A stretch of DNA of 40,000 nt from Paenibacillus algorifonticola (GTDB lineage: Bacteria > Bacillota > Bacilli > Paenibacillales > Paenibacillaceae). Every line of letters starts with the position of its first letter. The first letter of the stretch is position 1. Below are positions 1-9,931 of the stretch, one piece after another. The notes beneath the pieces are model-generated. The model was not told the DNA's origin. It was given only the letters and a program-made list of their open reading frames with translations, and did no database searches. The stretch is from NCBI RefSeq assembly GCF_050481745.1, contig NZ_JBCNGR010000013.1, positions 81,214 through 121,213 on the forward strand, in the 5' to 3' direction. The translations under genes and the position numbers were made by a program.

Positions 1-487
1 GATGCGGCCCATCCGGACCAATTAATTGACCAATCGTATCTGCAAGTCGCCGACGCGCTAGGTCAGGAGAAAGATTAGTAACGGCCTCGTTTAAGTTCTG
101 TCTATATTTGTCGAAGACCTCTCCTTCCATCCCGTCCAATATACGTGCAATAATCTCCTTAAGACTTGTAAATTTAGGGATAAGCAAAACACGTCTGTCC
201 GAGGTTTTCGGTATCTGCGCAGACAACCACCGGATCAGATGAGATTTCCCAGCCCCCGAATCCCCCAACACGGCAACGAAGATATAATCTTCCGGTTTTA
301 AAAATTCCCTAAGAAACTCCTGTTCAGTAAACTTGACACCAGAATTGTTTACCATAGAAGTCGCAATCTCACGATACATCGTCATCGGGTGATGGGTTGC
401 CAAAAAATGATGATGCTCTACCTGCAATGCATCGGGATTCATTACCTGGTCGATTAAGTCCGTTTCCCAACATATATATGGTCTCAA
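1..487 (-). CDS. P-loop NTPase, N-terminal fragment (continues past the left edge); paralogue of the 1063-aa ATPase at 10668..13859
   Basis: Absent from the ORF track because it runs off the window. Minus-strand translation reads ...MNPDALQVEHHHFLATHHPMTMYREIATSMVNNSGVKFTEQEFLREFLKPEDYIFVAVLGDSGAGKSHLIRWLSAQIPKTSDRRVLLIPK... Walker A is GDSGAGKS. Candidate starts are TTG 487 (SD GGAAGAGGA 9 nt upstream) or ATG 442. The spacing and the GxGKSxLxRW context mirror VFGSTGSGKSELLRWIKDKW of the 1063-aa ORF. Confidence 0.7.
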   Translation of the reverse strand, partial: MRPYICWETDLIDQVMNPDALQVEHHHFLATHHPMTMYREIATSMVNNSGVKFTEQEFLREFLKPEDYIFVAVLGDSGAGKSHLIRWLSAQIPKTSDRRVLLIPKFTSLKEIIARILDGMEGEVFDKYRQNLNEAVTNLSPDLARRRLADTIGQLIGPDGPH

Positions 488-491
488 TCTA

Positions 492-1382
492 TCACATCCT
501 CTTCCATGTAATTTCTGAAAATCCACTGAGAACCCCTGAAGCTTCAGGGAAAAGGAACATATCTGCATCTGATTTTCTTAGCAATTCTATTACTCCTCCT
601 TCCTGCAAACGATACCATGCAAAAGCAGTTGATGATGAGAGCAAAAGTGGCTCTGGATTGTCTATCGAGTACTTCTCACTTAACGCTTTGCGAGCCCATC
701 CATTCTCAAATAATGGACTGAGCGAGGCAAGTTCTGATTGAATATCTGAATATCTTAACGTGTCCTTACCTACGAACAGACCTGGCAACAACTTACTTAA
801 ATGGTTGGTCGGATCCACAACCAGTCTCTTTTGCCTATTAATCGTTAACGTCCAAGTAAATCCAAGATAATTCGCCCAATACTCAAACTGTTCAAAACGT
901 GTCTTGTTTTTGCAACCTAATCGGTTGGAATCCGTTTGCTCGTCGAGAGCCAATGCTATTTGTTCCCAGGTCATTGGTGCATATGCATCTTGACTATAGA
1001 ACCACGATATAAGCAAGACCAGATCATGATTCTCATCGTTATGAAGGTCGAAAATACGACGAGTAATTGCATTCACAAGAAAATCATCCCACTCTGCTCC
1101 ATCCAACGGTACAACATCCTCTGCCAAATACAGCATGCTGCCCTCTTCCACAACAACACCCATTTTCACCATTTCATTAATCACTTTCCGAATTCGGTTT
1201 CGATGAGATACCTCCGATGAAACTTCGTTGTCCTCTTCATCCCTCACATCCCCCGCAACAGATAATGGGGATAACATTTCTTCCAATTCGCTTCGCTCAA
1301 TCGGTGAACCAAGGTGTGCGAGTAATCGCCATGTTCCACGAACTCGACTCGGATTTGCTAACGGTTCGTTTAGTACACTCAC
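492..1382 (-). CDS. Hypothetical 296-aa protein, possible winged-helix N-terminus; partner of the downstream P-loop ATPase (DpdG-like position, unverified)
   Basis: GTG start at 1382 overlaps the upstream stop (GTGA) and has SD GGAGG 7 nt upstream. I can name no catalytic motif. There is distant by-eye similarity to the 258-aa ORF at 13828..14604 (FEYWANYLGF vs MECWGLG; RLQEGGVIELLRKSDAD vs ALHQEGELKLSYMQD). Confidence 0.6.
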   Translation of the reverse strand: MSVLNEPLANPSRVRGTWRLLAHLGSPIERSELEEMLSPLSVAGDVRDEEDNEVSSEVSHRNRIRKVINEMVKMGVVVEEGSMLYLAEDVVPLDGAEWDDFLVNAITRRIFDLHNDENHDLVLLISWFYSQDAYAPMTWEQIALALDEQTDSNRLGCKNKTRFEQFEYWANYLGFTWTLTINRQKRLVVDPTNHLSKLLPGLFVGKDTLRYSDIQSELASLSPLFENGWARKALSEKYSIDNPEPLLLSSSTAFAWYRLQEGGVIELLRKSDADMFLFPEASGVLSGFSEITWKRM

Positions 1383-3904
1383 AATCCAACCTCCAATAGA
1401 AATTCAGTTAGTCTATATTTTTTAGATTGCAGCACATCAATCAGTAAACGGTTAGGTGCTTTGGATTCCTCCAAATATTCTGGGAGCAATGTAATGATAG
1501 GAAATGGATGCAAGTTTTGCTGAAGCATTCGTTCGATCGCATGCAATGTCGAATCCGTACACGGATGAATAACTACAGTTGGAACATGGAGCCATCGATA
1601 AAATGGAGTGTCTATATTGTTCGTAAATAGAGGCTCTGATTCCAGATGAAACTGTGATAAGTTAATTTCGTTCAAAAAAGCTTCTTCTGCGCATAGTTGT
1701 CGAACACCATGATCAATTAAATAACGCAAAAGCATACTCCATCTTTCCCTTTCTCGTCCGGACAGTCGACTAAATCTTCTTTCCGGCCATTGATCGAAGA
1801 ACAATACCGCATTTTCTTTGTTGTCCAATCGCCTGGATAACTGTTCGGTCAGTCCTGGTCGCTTCTGCCACTGGATCAATCGCGATACTGCCATATTTGC
1901 ATACGGATCTTGGGCCTCTCGTCTGCAATTTGGACAACCGCCGCAAGAGGTTTGAACGCCGATCGCTTTGCGCCTGTCCACACCCAAGCGTTCTGGAATA
2001 TGGTACATGATCTTAAAGATTTCTGCCGCGCAACGCTTCCCTTGCAATAGTTCCTTCATCAGCACAAGTGATGTCTCACTAGCCATAGAACTGACTAGCC
2101 TGAAAGGTTCCACTAAAGTCTTCCAAGCGACCTCCTGAAGATGATCGTTGTGCAGAATTCGCACAAGACGATGAGTGTTGCCGTTATATTCTGCTTTTGA
2201 ATAAGATTCATCCCATTTTTGCCAGTCCATCTCGATTAATTTGGAACGGGACATCAAGTTCAATGTTCTGATATTCCAGGCGGCATTGCGAGCGGATCCC
2301 CCCATATCAATATCTCTCGAATCAAGGGAAGGTGAGACATCAATTGGAACGAGGTAACAGTCTGGATATCGAATATCAATTTGTTTTTGCTGGAACATTG
2401 CTCTCCACCGCTGACGTCCGCGTTCAATGGTAATAAGCATTTTGCCACTCATCTCTTTGGCGATTCGAATATCTTCGTCCGTGTATACCACAAGCGACAT
2501 AGCAGCGCTGCCGTCGCGTCCACCGCGGCCAACTTCCTGATAGTAGCGATCCAAACTTTCGGGTACACAGGCATGGATAACTGCTCGTACATCTGGTTGG
2601 TCGACACCAAGGCCAAAGGCTGAAGTAGCGACAACAATGTCGATATCACGATTCCGCCAAGCGGAAACAATCGCCTCGCGCTTGCGGTTCGGGGTCTTAC
2701 CTGTAACTACTTCTAAACGACCATAACCCTCCGCCCTTAAAGTCGCCCCCCACTCCTCCGCATCCTTAACCTCCGATGTATAAAGAATAAGCGGGCGCGG
2801 CAAGTGGAAAACTGCATCAAGAATAAATCGTCTTTTATCTTGCATGTTGTTGGCCCGCTTGAACCAGTAGGCCGGTTCAGGTCGCAATTGTACGGCTGAG
2901 CAATGTTCGAACGGTCCAGGAGTCCCGAACAAATCTTCCATTGCATCCAAGGATACCTCCGTTATGGTCGCTGACAATAGTACCGTCCGAAGAGCAGGAG
3001 CCTCACGCATTAAATGTTTGCGCCAGCCAGCCAACTCTTGAAAAGCCGGCCTAAATTCATCGCCCCATAAATCGATCATATGTGCTTCGTCAATAAAGAG
3101 ATACCGAAAATATCCCCGGCCAGCTGCGAGTTGCAACGGCATAAACAGCGATTGCATGATTGCTTCTGGAGAAGTAAAGACAATTCGCTGCGTGCCGTCG
3201 CATATCCGACTGCGGATTCTCTCATTTTCCGCTTCCCGTCCACTAAAATATGCAGTTGAATGTGAAATAAAGGGGGCCATCGCTCGTTCCTGATCAATAG
3301 CCAGAGCCACTGTAGGGACAACAACGATTGACACCCCTTCAATTTCCGACGCCATAATCGAGGGTAGATGGGCACATAAACTTTTCCCTGTTCCAGTAGG
3401 AAGGTTAACCACCAACGTTGACCCTTCCGGTGCAGTCATTATGCTTCGTATCGCATCTGCTTGTCCCTGACTCCTGTATGTAGAAAGCTTCATCTTTAAT
3501 AAAAACGGATCCCCCTTGACAATTTGATTTGTCTGTCGAGGGATTTCTGCATATAAAGGCTTCTCAATATCAGTAATAGACGAATCAGGTAACCACTTAG
3601 GAATCCACGGTTGTGCCTTAATCAATAACCGATCACTTTTTTGAACGATGACTGCAATTCCTGATTCTTCCCACATGTGTGGATCGGGCCATTCTGAATT
3701 GCGCGGAACCCACAAGATGGACGATATGCCACCTTGTTTCTCCGCATTATGTCTCAAAATGCTGCGAATTAAAGACACCTTGTCGCGGGGCGAAGTTCTT
3801 CGCGAGTGCATACTATTTTTAAACCGCACATAAAAAGAAGTAATGAAATCTTCTGTCGAATGAGACGTTTCAATCAACTGCACAAATTCGTCATACTCAT
3901 TCAT
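1379..3904 (-). CDS. RecQ-family SF2 helicase with long uncharacterised N- and C-terminal extensions
   Basis: Helicase motifs: NLPTGTGKSL (I), VVVPTVALAIDQ (Ia), FIDEAHMIDLWGDEFRPAF (II, RecQ-type), LLSATIT (III), ATSAFGLGVDQPDVRAVIH (V), YYQEVGRGGRDG (VI). A CGGCPNC Cys cluster follows the core. I prefer ATG 3904 (SD GTGGAGA 6 nt upstream, ATGAATGA overlap with the SNF2 stop) over the ORF-track GTG 3925. Confidence 0.85.
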   Translation of the reverse strand: MNEYDEFVQLIETSHSTEDFITSFYVRFKNSMHSRRTSPRDKVSLIRSILRHNAEKQGGISSILWVPRNSEWPDPHMWEESGIAVIVQKSDRLLIKAQPWIPKWLPDSSITDIEKPLYAEIPRQTNQIVKGDPFLLKMKLSTYRSQGQADAIRSIMTAPEGSTLVVNLPTGTGKSLCAHLPSIMASEIEGVSIVVVPTVALAIDQERAMAPFISHSTAYFSGREAENERIRSRICDGTQRIVFTSPEAIMQSLFMPLQLAAGRGYFRYLFIDEAHMIDLWGDEFRPAFQELAGWRKHLMREAPALRTVLLSATITEVSLDAMEDLFGTPGPFEHCSAVQLRPEPAYWFKRANNMQDKRRFILDAVFHLPRPLILYTSEVKDAEEWGATLRAEGYGRLEVVTGKTPNRKREAIVSAWRNRDIDIVVATSAFGLGVDQPDVRAVIHACVPESLDRYYQEVGRGGRDGSAAMSLVVYTDEDIRIAKEMSGKMLITIERGRQRWRAMFQQKQIDIRYPDCYLVPIDVSPSLDSRDIDMGGSARNAAWNIRTLNLMSRSKLIEMDWQKWDESYSKAEYNGNTHRLVRILHNDHLQEVAWKTLVEPFRLVSSMASETSLVLMKELLQGKRCAAEIFKIMYHIPERLGVDRRKAIGVQTSCGGCPNCRREAQDPYANMAVSRLIQWQKRPGLTEQLSRRLDNKENAVLFFDQWPERRFSRLSGRERERWSMLLRYLIDHGVRQLCAEEAFLNEINLSQFHLESEPLFTNNIDTPFYRWLHVPTVVIHPCTDSTLHAIERMLQQNLHPFPIITLLPEYLEESKAPNRLLIDVLQSKKYRLTEFLLEVGL

Positions 3905-6900
3905 CGTAGTCTCCACGAAGCTCACTTCCCGATAATATTATAAAACCAACTGAATCCAAACGAACATGCGGCTTCTTAATGCCAGCCTGCATTGCTTGAT
4001 GTAAATCAGATTCGAAAGCCAAATCAATACGGTCGAATTGTCCATGAATTTGCTGCGTTTTGGCTCTTAACGCCAATTGCTGAAATTGTCGGTTTAATTC
4101 TTGGCGCATCGACTGCAGTGCTTCCTCACATGCCGTGACTACAGATGCATCTTGCATCAAAAGTCGTTCCGAACTTTCACGGGCACAGGCGCACGAGGTA
4201 TGCCACTGGTCAGGCGAGATAAATTCATCTATTACATTTAATCGTTCTTTGGTTAAATTCGTATCGTTACCAAAATCGCTTAATTTCTCAAACGGTGTTT
4301 TCAAGGCTTCTATAACATTGGAGTCATTCACCAGACTACCGCTTGGTGTTACGTTAACTGTGTATATAAAGGGCGGAAAAAACCTATCCAGTTTTCTTTG
4401 CAAAGCTTTTCTATTATATGCTTTACCGTCTATGGAAGAATAGATTGTTTCTGCTGCGGAGACGTTACCTTCGATGATATAATTGAAGCTAAACCCGAAC
4501 CACTCGAAACCTTTCTTGGGATTCCATCCCTTTACTTTGCGCCAAAATGCAAAGGTTCGCCCACGATCATCCCACTTTATGTCATCATCCAGCATTTGAA
4601 TAAAAGGATCTCCAATACGATATATTCGACAATTTTCTTGGGAGGCTGCCGTCATCCGATCATAACTGCCATACCTACTATTAATTTTCGCCATTGCAAT
4701 TGAAGTAGAGATAGGCAATAATGTTTGGCGAGTTGGGGAGTAAGTTAATTCCCCTGATTGTGCATTGGATGATTTACAAGCAAACTTCAGTGCATTAAGA
4801 ACCCACGCCTCCGTGTTCTTTTGAATACGTGCATGATCAGATTCATATGCCACCAAATTTCGAACATATCCATGCACATCGTCATAGCTCGAATCCATTT
4901 CGTCCAGTGCATTTTGTTCCTCTACTTGAATCCTTTCCTCCTCTAGGCGATCTGCGAAAGACTCCCTTACATAATGAATAAAACTTTGAGCACCCTCAGC
5001 ATAAAAGCGACCATAAATTTCTGGAAGGATTCGGTCGATCAGAAATTGCAATGACGAAATGGAGTTTTGAAACACCTTAAGTCCTTCATTCAAGAATATA
5101 TACCAAGCCTCAATCAATGATGGATGATCTGGTCCGGTGAATACATGGGTAGAAAACATTCGAGTACGTCCTAAACGATCTACACGACCTATTCTTTGCT
5201 CCATGCGGCCGGGTTGTGTAAGCAAATCAAAATGTACAATCATATCCGCAAATTGCAAATTGCGTCCTAACTCTCCTGAAGGATCGCAAACCAGTACCCA
5301 ACACTGCTCATTGTATCTAAAACGCTCAATTTCTTGTTCCACTTGGACATCGCTCAATGTTTTGAGATATGGGGCGATTGCCTCAGCTTTGTATACAGAT
5401 CTTAGATGATTAACGATGAAATTTGCCGTAGCATAGTGTCCCGCAAAAACAACAATTTTAGGTGACGTCTTTTTCTTTTTACGTGTCTGTTCCGTAACCG
5501 TATCAATGACCATGACAAGGTGATCCAACCTGTCCTCTTCTTCGGAAGAACAATCAACTGTGTGGAGCAATGACTCAAGTAACTCTCGTTCACCTGAAAA
5601 TAATGGTGTCTCGCGCAATAGTTCGGCCAATTCCGTATTGTAAAGTTCCTTGAATGAGTTGCTTATCTCTCCAGACAATCGCGCCTCTAGTACGTGCCGG
5701 AATACAGGAAGTGCAGAATTCGATAACTCCAATAAATAAAAAAATAACCTTTGATACTTAGTTGAGTGGGAAAATCCATATTCCTGCCATTCTTCCCTTT
5801 CTAAGGCCCACGACGTTTCACGCCATTCATCCATTAAATCCTGAACGGAGGCAGTTCGATTGTCAAAATCGTATTCCTCAGATACTGAGAGTTCACCGCG
5901 TTCAAGATCACGTCCGTACCTAAAAAGTTGTTTTACCGTATCACGACGATTTCGCAACATTCTCCGGTGCAGTCGGTACGTTTCCGTCAAATGATTCCTA
6001 ATAGTCCGTACGGCTGTTATACGTTTTTCTTCATCATTTTTATCCAGAGCATCTAGTAAATACTCCACATTACTGGTCATCAAAACGTCATCTGACACAA
6101 GTTCCAGCAATTTTTCAGCAGATCTACGTAAAAGAAGTGGCTTCGCATTCTCTCGTAAGGTGAACAATATTCTCCCCACATGTTGGCGAATAGAAATAAG
6201 TTTTTGAAATCTTTCAATCTCATCAAGATGGTAATGATCTGGATCTAATAAGTGAAGCATAGCTAGGAAATCTTGTTCATTATGAAGTACCGGTGTTGCA
6301 GATAACAACAACAACCCACGAGCTTGATTTGTTAACTTTTCGACCAAGTGATACAGTTCGCGCTCCTCTTCTATAAGACTCGATGCCTTCGCAGCAATGA
6401 TATGTGCTTCATCAATGATAATTAAATCCCAATCTTTCTCTTGCAGCAAGTTACTACTTGAAGACAACCTTTCAGTTGCACACCATGTAATCTGATCGGT
6501 GAATTCGTACAAATTACATTTGCTATGTAATTCTGATTGCCACTGAATCTGTAAAAATAAAGGAACCACAATGAGAACCGATGAGTTTGGATAATCCAAT
6601 AAAAACTGACGAATTATTACTCCTGCTTCAATCGTCTTTCCGAGACCCACCTCGTCTGCAAGCAAATATCGGGGGACTGGGTCTTCTGATACTCTCCGAA
6701 TAACTTCCACTTGATGGGGATACAGCGAAACAGAAGATGAAAGAAGACCTTCCATCCCACGTCCTACTTTTCGCTGATTCATCATTTCTTTTACAAAAAG
6801 GGTACGTTTACGATTAAAAAAAGCTGTCTCATGTCCCTTGTTGATGATAATATCCATGGGATCTTCAATAGGAAGTGAGCAACGGACAAACAAATTTTCT

Positions 6901-7319
6901 GAGTCAATGTAATTTGAATAGGAGTCAGGAAAGTCAACTTGATAATCTGTTCCATCAAATCCTGTGATACGGCCTATCATCCAGTGCTTTTTATTCGATT
7001 CCCAATAATAGCAACGTGTTTGAATGTCCGGCTTAACAAGTTGTATCTGGCTCAGTCCGATATTTAACCTTTTCCTATTTTCAATGGAAATGAAATACTC
7101 TACAGTTACCATTTCTTCAAACTGATCAATCACTTTTCCTATACCCATATTGTTTAGAGCGATAATGAATCTTCCAATTACATTTTCCATTAGAATAGTC
7201 CTATCCATTCCGAATTTATTGAATGCTATAATAAAAAAATTATCTCCAGAACATTTCAAGTGGTAATCCTTTCTATAAATGTTACCATAAAACCTAAGTA
7301 TAATCTTGCCAATATTCAA
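3897..7319 (-). CDS. SNF2/RapA-like helicase-ATPase with an extra ~450-aa C-terminal region
   Basis: Motifs: LLADEVGLGKTIEAG (I), IIIDEAHIIAA (II, DEAH), LLLSATPVLHNEQDF (III), GELGRNLQFADMIVHFDL and QRIGRVDRLGR (V/VI). The true start is probably an internal Met (ATG 7208 or 7190, MENVIGRF...). That would leave room for a divergent promoter region shared with the plus-strand MBL gene. Confidence 0.85.
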   Translation of the reverse strand: MNIGKIILRFYGNIYRKDYHLKCSGDNFFIIAFNKFGMDRTILMENVIGRFIIALNNMGIGKVIDQFEEMVTVEYFISIENRKRLNIGLSQIQLVKPDIQTRCYYWESNKKHWMIGRITGFDGTDYQVDFPDSYSNYIDSENLFVRCSLPIEDPMDIIINKGHETAFFNRKRTLFVKEMMNQRKVGRGMEGLLSSSVSLYPHQVEVIRRVSEDPVPRYLLADEVGLGKTIEAGVIIRQFLLDYPNSSVLIVVPLFLQIQWQSELHSKCNLYEFTDQITWCATERLSSSSNLLQEKDWDLIIIDEAHIIAAKASSLIEEERELYHLVEKLTNQARGLLLLSATPVLHNEQDFLAMLHLLDPDHYHLDEIERFQKLISIRQHVGRILFTLRENAKPLLLRRSAEKLLELVSDDVLMTSNVEYLLDALDKNDEEKRITAVRTIRNHLTETYRLHRRMLRNRRDTVKQLFRYGRDLERGELSVSEEYDFDNRTASVQDLMDEWRETSWALEREEWQEYGFSHSTKYQRLFFYLLELSNSALPVFRHVLEARLSGEISNSFKELYNTELAELLRETPLFSGERELLESLLHTVDCSSEEEDRLDHLVMVIDTVTEQTRKKKKTSPKIVVFAGHYATANFIVNHLRSVYKAEAIAPYLKTLSDVQVEQEIERFRYNEQCWVLVCDPSGELGRNLQFADMIVHFDLLTQPGRMEQRIGRVDRLGRTRMFSTHVFTGPDHPSLIEAWYIFLNEGLKVFQNSISSLQFLIDRILPEIYGRFYAEGAQSFIHYVRESFADRLEEERIQVEEQNALDEMDSSYDDVHGYVRNLVAYESDHARIQKNTEAWVLNALKFACKSSNAQSGELTYSPTRQTLLPISTSIAMAKINSRYGSYDRMTAASQENCRIYRIGDPFIQMLDDDIKWDDRGRTFAFWRKVKGWNPKKGFEWFGFSFNYIIEGNVSAAETIYSSIDGKAYNRKALQRKLDRFFPPFIYTVNVTPSGSLVNDSNVIEALKTPFEKLSDFGNDTNLTKERLNVIDEFISPDQWHTSCACARESSERLLMQDASVVTACEEALQSMRQELNRQFQQLALRAKTQQIHGQFDRIDLAFESDLHQAMQAGIKKPHVRLDSVGFIILSGSELRGDYDE

Positions 7320-7362
7320 ACTTTGTATATGAGCACTATATCGGGGAAATGGGGAATGGAAA

Positions 7363-8504
7363 ATGGATAGGTTTGTGTCTTTGAAGGTTGGACAAGGAGA
7401 TTCTTTTTATCTACAACGTGATAAATATTCAATACTTGTTGATGGTGGACTGGCGGAGAATGGTTTGGCTAAATTCTTCATGGGGGAGCGAGAAAAAATA
7501 ATCGGTAAAAAAAGATTGATGTATTAGTGTGTACTCACAATGATGCGGATCATGCCAATGGTATTCTCGGATTCTTAAAAAATGAAGAACTGTTATGTGA
7601 TGAAGTTTGGTTGCCTGGAATTTGGACAAGTAGATTAAAAGATATACTTGTTAAGCCTTCCATTTTTATTCATGAGCTAGTTCTTGATATTGATAGTAAT
7701 CATTTGGCATATGATCTGGCTACTCTCGGTGATTCTTACTCGGATAACGAGCTGCCGCTAGACAACAGAAATGAATCTGAGGAATATGTACAATTAGAAG
7801 AATTATATAGTGATCTAGAAGCATCTTTAGAAAAGAATTATGATATTCATGATGTAGCGCAATTTCATAGAGGTCCTTATCTATGGGGACTCTCCCCATC
7901 CCATATTGAATTATTTGTGGAAGCAATTAATGCCGCCAAACTTATTAAGGATATAGCAATTGCGGCTTTTCAGAAAGGTGCAAATATTAAATGGTTTGAG
8001 TATGATGAGTATCAATGCTCAGGCGGTATAGACGGTATATTAGAGCCGTTAAATTCAAAAGAAATTAGTACAGTGAAAAAACGAGGTGCTTTAGAATATC
8101 TAGCTCTTGCTATGGCAAATAGACAAAGCTTAGTATTCCATTCTCCTAGTTCTTCAAATGCACCTGCTATACTATTCTCTGCAGACTCTAATTTTGAATT
8201 TAAACAAACCATTCCTTGGTCAAACGGAATGATAATAACCGCATCACATCATGGTTCCAAAAGCAATAGTAATTGCTATCTTCGCTACGAAAATGAAAGA
8301 TCGGAGCATCTAAATTCTATTTGGATCCGTAGTGATGGTCGCTTTAGATCAAGACCTGGTCCTTGGTACTTAAAGATTCAATCTACGCAACGTTACTGCA
8401 CACGATGCAGCCCAGATTTTAAATCCTCACAAAATGTTGAGTTTACTGCTAATAAATCCGAATGGCAATCATCATCAATTGCATGTACATGTGGCCAAAA
8501 GTAA
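7363..8504 (+). pseudogene. MBL-fold (ComEC-like metallo-beta-lactamase) hydrolase gene split by a frameshift in an A7 run
   Basis: Frame A (7363..7527) reads MDRFVSLKVGQGDSFYLQRDKYSILVDGGLAENGLAKFFMGEREKIIGKKRLMY*. This is the usual MBL N-terminus (VGQGD...ILVDGG). Frame B (the ORF-track 7527..8504) continues with (I)DVLVCTHNDADHANG... and a later SHHGS motif. The two frames join at the A7 tract 7507..7513, and one extra A would give ...IGKKKIDVLVCTHNDADH. Confidence 0.7.
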
Positions 8505-8662
8505 AATTCACTTGATATCTCTAATCTTTAATCACGTTAATATTACCAACAAAAAAATATTTTTAGCAAACTCCTACAAAGAGAGACAGTCTGGGCCTTT
8601 TAATTTCTCGTCCTTTACTATCTCTCTTTTAGTTCTTAGTTAATATTTTGTCCTATATAAAG

Positions 8663-8698
8663 AAAAAAACGAACACTCCCTAGGAACGGAATGTTCGT
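8663..8698 (-). terminator. Rho-independent terminator after queE
   Basis: On the minus strand: ACGAACA ... TGTTCGT, a 7-bp stem plus 3 further pairs after one mismatch, followed by a T6 run. It starts 10 nt after the queE stop. Confidence 0.6.
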
Positions 8699-8708
8699 AA
8701 TCTTCACT

Positions 8709-9443
8709 TCAAACCCCTCGCTTGTTCCCCCACAACAAAGTGTGTAACTGCGGGAGAACTTTAACCTGTTTCAACTCCGATGATACCATGACTTGATTAA
8801 TCAACCACTCATACCTCTCTAGTAAAGCAAATACCAAACTTTCTCTATCAACTGTCGTTACATCGCTATTTCCGACCTGCAAAACCAGTCTCATGTGAGG
8901 ATAGCGCTTATGAACTTTTATAGCATACTGAAGATCATCTTCGTCAAAAATGACTACTTTAATACATATTTCATTCGGACTATTATTCAAGTTCGTGATA
9001 ACCCCATCTAATCTATCCCAATCGGTTATCATTCCTGAACTTGGTGGTTTTGGGGAAACCGTCAAGTCGTCAATATCCGCCATCCAATCTTGCCATCTGC
9101 TTCCTTGTGTTTCTAACCCAACTCGAATCCCCTTATCATGAAGCAAATCGACCAAATATCCAATATTCTTTATAATTGCTGGATTACCGCCAGAAATTGT
9201 TACATGCTCGAACGTGGTTCCACCAAGAGAATTCAATTCATCGTAAATCGCTTGAGGAGACAATTGTTTAATTTCATTCTTTGCAGAACCATCCCATGTA
9301 AAGGATGAGTCACACCATGAACAGGAATAGTCACAACCAGCTGTCCGAACAAACATCGTTTTTTGCCCGATTACCAGGCCTTCCCCCTGAACAGTTGGCC
9401 CGAATATTTCTAAAACCGGGATAGGATTTTCTTTGTGAGTCAA
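8709..9443 (-). CDS. queE: 7-carboxy-7-deazaguanine synthase QueE (Bacillus-type radical SAM)
   Basis: Near-colinear with B. subtilis QueE as I recall it: PVLEIFGPTVQGEGLVIGQKTMFVRTAGCDYSCSWCDSSFTWDG ... VLPQLHTLLWGNKRGV. I prefer TTG 9443 (SD GGGAGTGGA 7 nt upstream, TTGA overlap with the queD stop). The ORF-track alternative is GTG 9455. Confidence 0.93.
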   Translation of the reverse strand: MTHKENPIPVLEIFGPTVQGEGLVIGQKTMFVRTAGCDYSCSWCDSSFTWDGSAKNEIKQLSPQAIYDELNSLGGTTFEHVTISGGNPAIIKNIGYLVDLLHDKGIRVGLETQGSRWQDWMADIDDLTVSPKPPSSGMITDWDRLDGVITNLNNSPNEICIKVVIFDEDDLQYAIKVHKRYPHMRLVLQVGNSDVTTVDRESLVFALLERYEWLINQVMVSSELKQVKVLPQLHTLLWGNKRGV

Positions 9444-9931
9444 TCTGCCATCCACTCCCGTCTTGCTTCAGCATAGCTGGTTGGCGTTTCGAATAACCGG
9501 ACAAACTCAGTTTTTGCGTCCACTTCTTTTGATGAGTATTTGTCCGTACTTAGCGCCGCTTCCATCTGCTCATACAGCCAAACAACTATGTTTTCCGCAG
9601 TCGTGTTCATTAATGGCAATGTTTCATTTAGATATCTGTGGTCTAAGAATGGTTCAATTTGCTCACGCCAAATTGTTTTCAGCATGCTAAAGTCTATCGT
9701 CAGGCCAATCTCATTTGTATAGCCACTTATTCCAAAAACCACCTTATAGGTATGGCCATGTAGATTTTTGCATTTGCCTTCATAAGCATGTAAATGATGC
9801 GCGGCGTCAAAAGTGAATTCCTTACTGACCAATACTCTGCGTTGATGATATTTTAACTGATCTTCAGTAATATCCTTTCCATACTTTTGCAATGCATCTA
9901 CAATGACAAATTGCCCTGGTACTTTATTCAT
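9440..9931 (-). CDS. queD: 6-carboxy-5,6,7,8-tetrahydropterin synthase QueD
   Basis: [28 protein letters not shown] matches the QueD/PTPS signature. ATG 9931 overlaps the queC stop (ATGA). The ORF-track start at 10003 lies inside queC and is an artefactual extension. Confidence 0.9.
   Translation of the reverse strand: MNKVPGQFVIVDALQKYGKDITEDQLKYHQRRVLVSKEFTFDAAHHLHAYEGKCKNLHGHTYKVVFGISGYTNEIGLTIDFSMLKTIWREQIEPFLDHRYLNETLPLMNTTAENIVVWLYEQMEAALSTDKYSSKEVDAKTEFVRLFETPTSYAEARREWMAD

Noticed and set aside
397-8643. Short ORFs inside or opposite island genes: 397..741, 936..1220, 1217..1425, 2260..3375 (several), 3648..3833, 4135..4703, 5137..5593, 7429..7629, 7720..7926, 8012..8212 and 8434..8643.
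   Set aside because: They overlap the helicase, ATPase and MBL reading frames, have no SD, and translate to low-information peptides. Such ORFs are expected by chance in AT-rich antisense frames.
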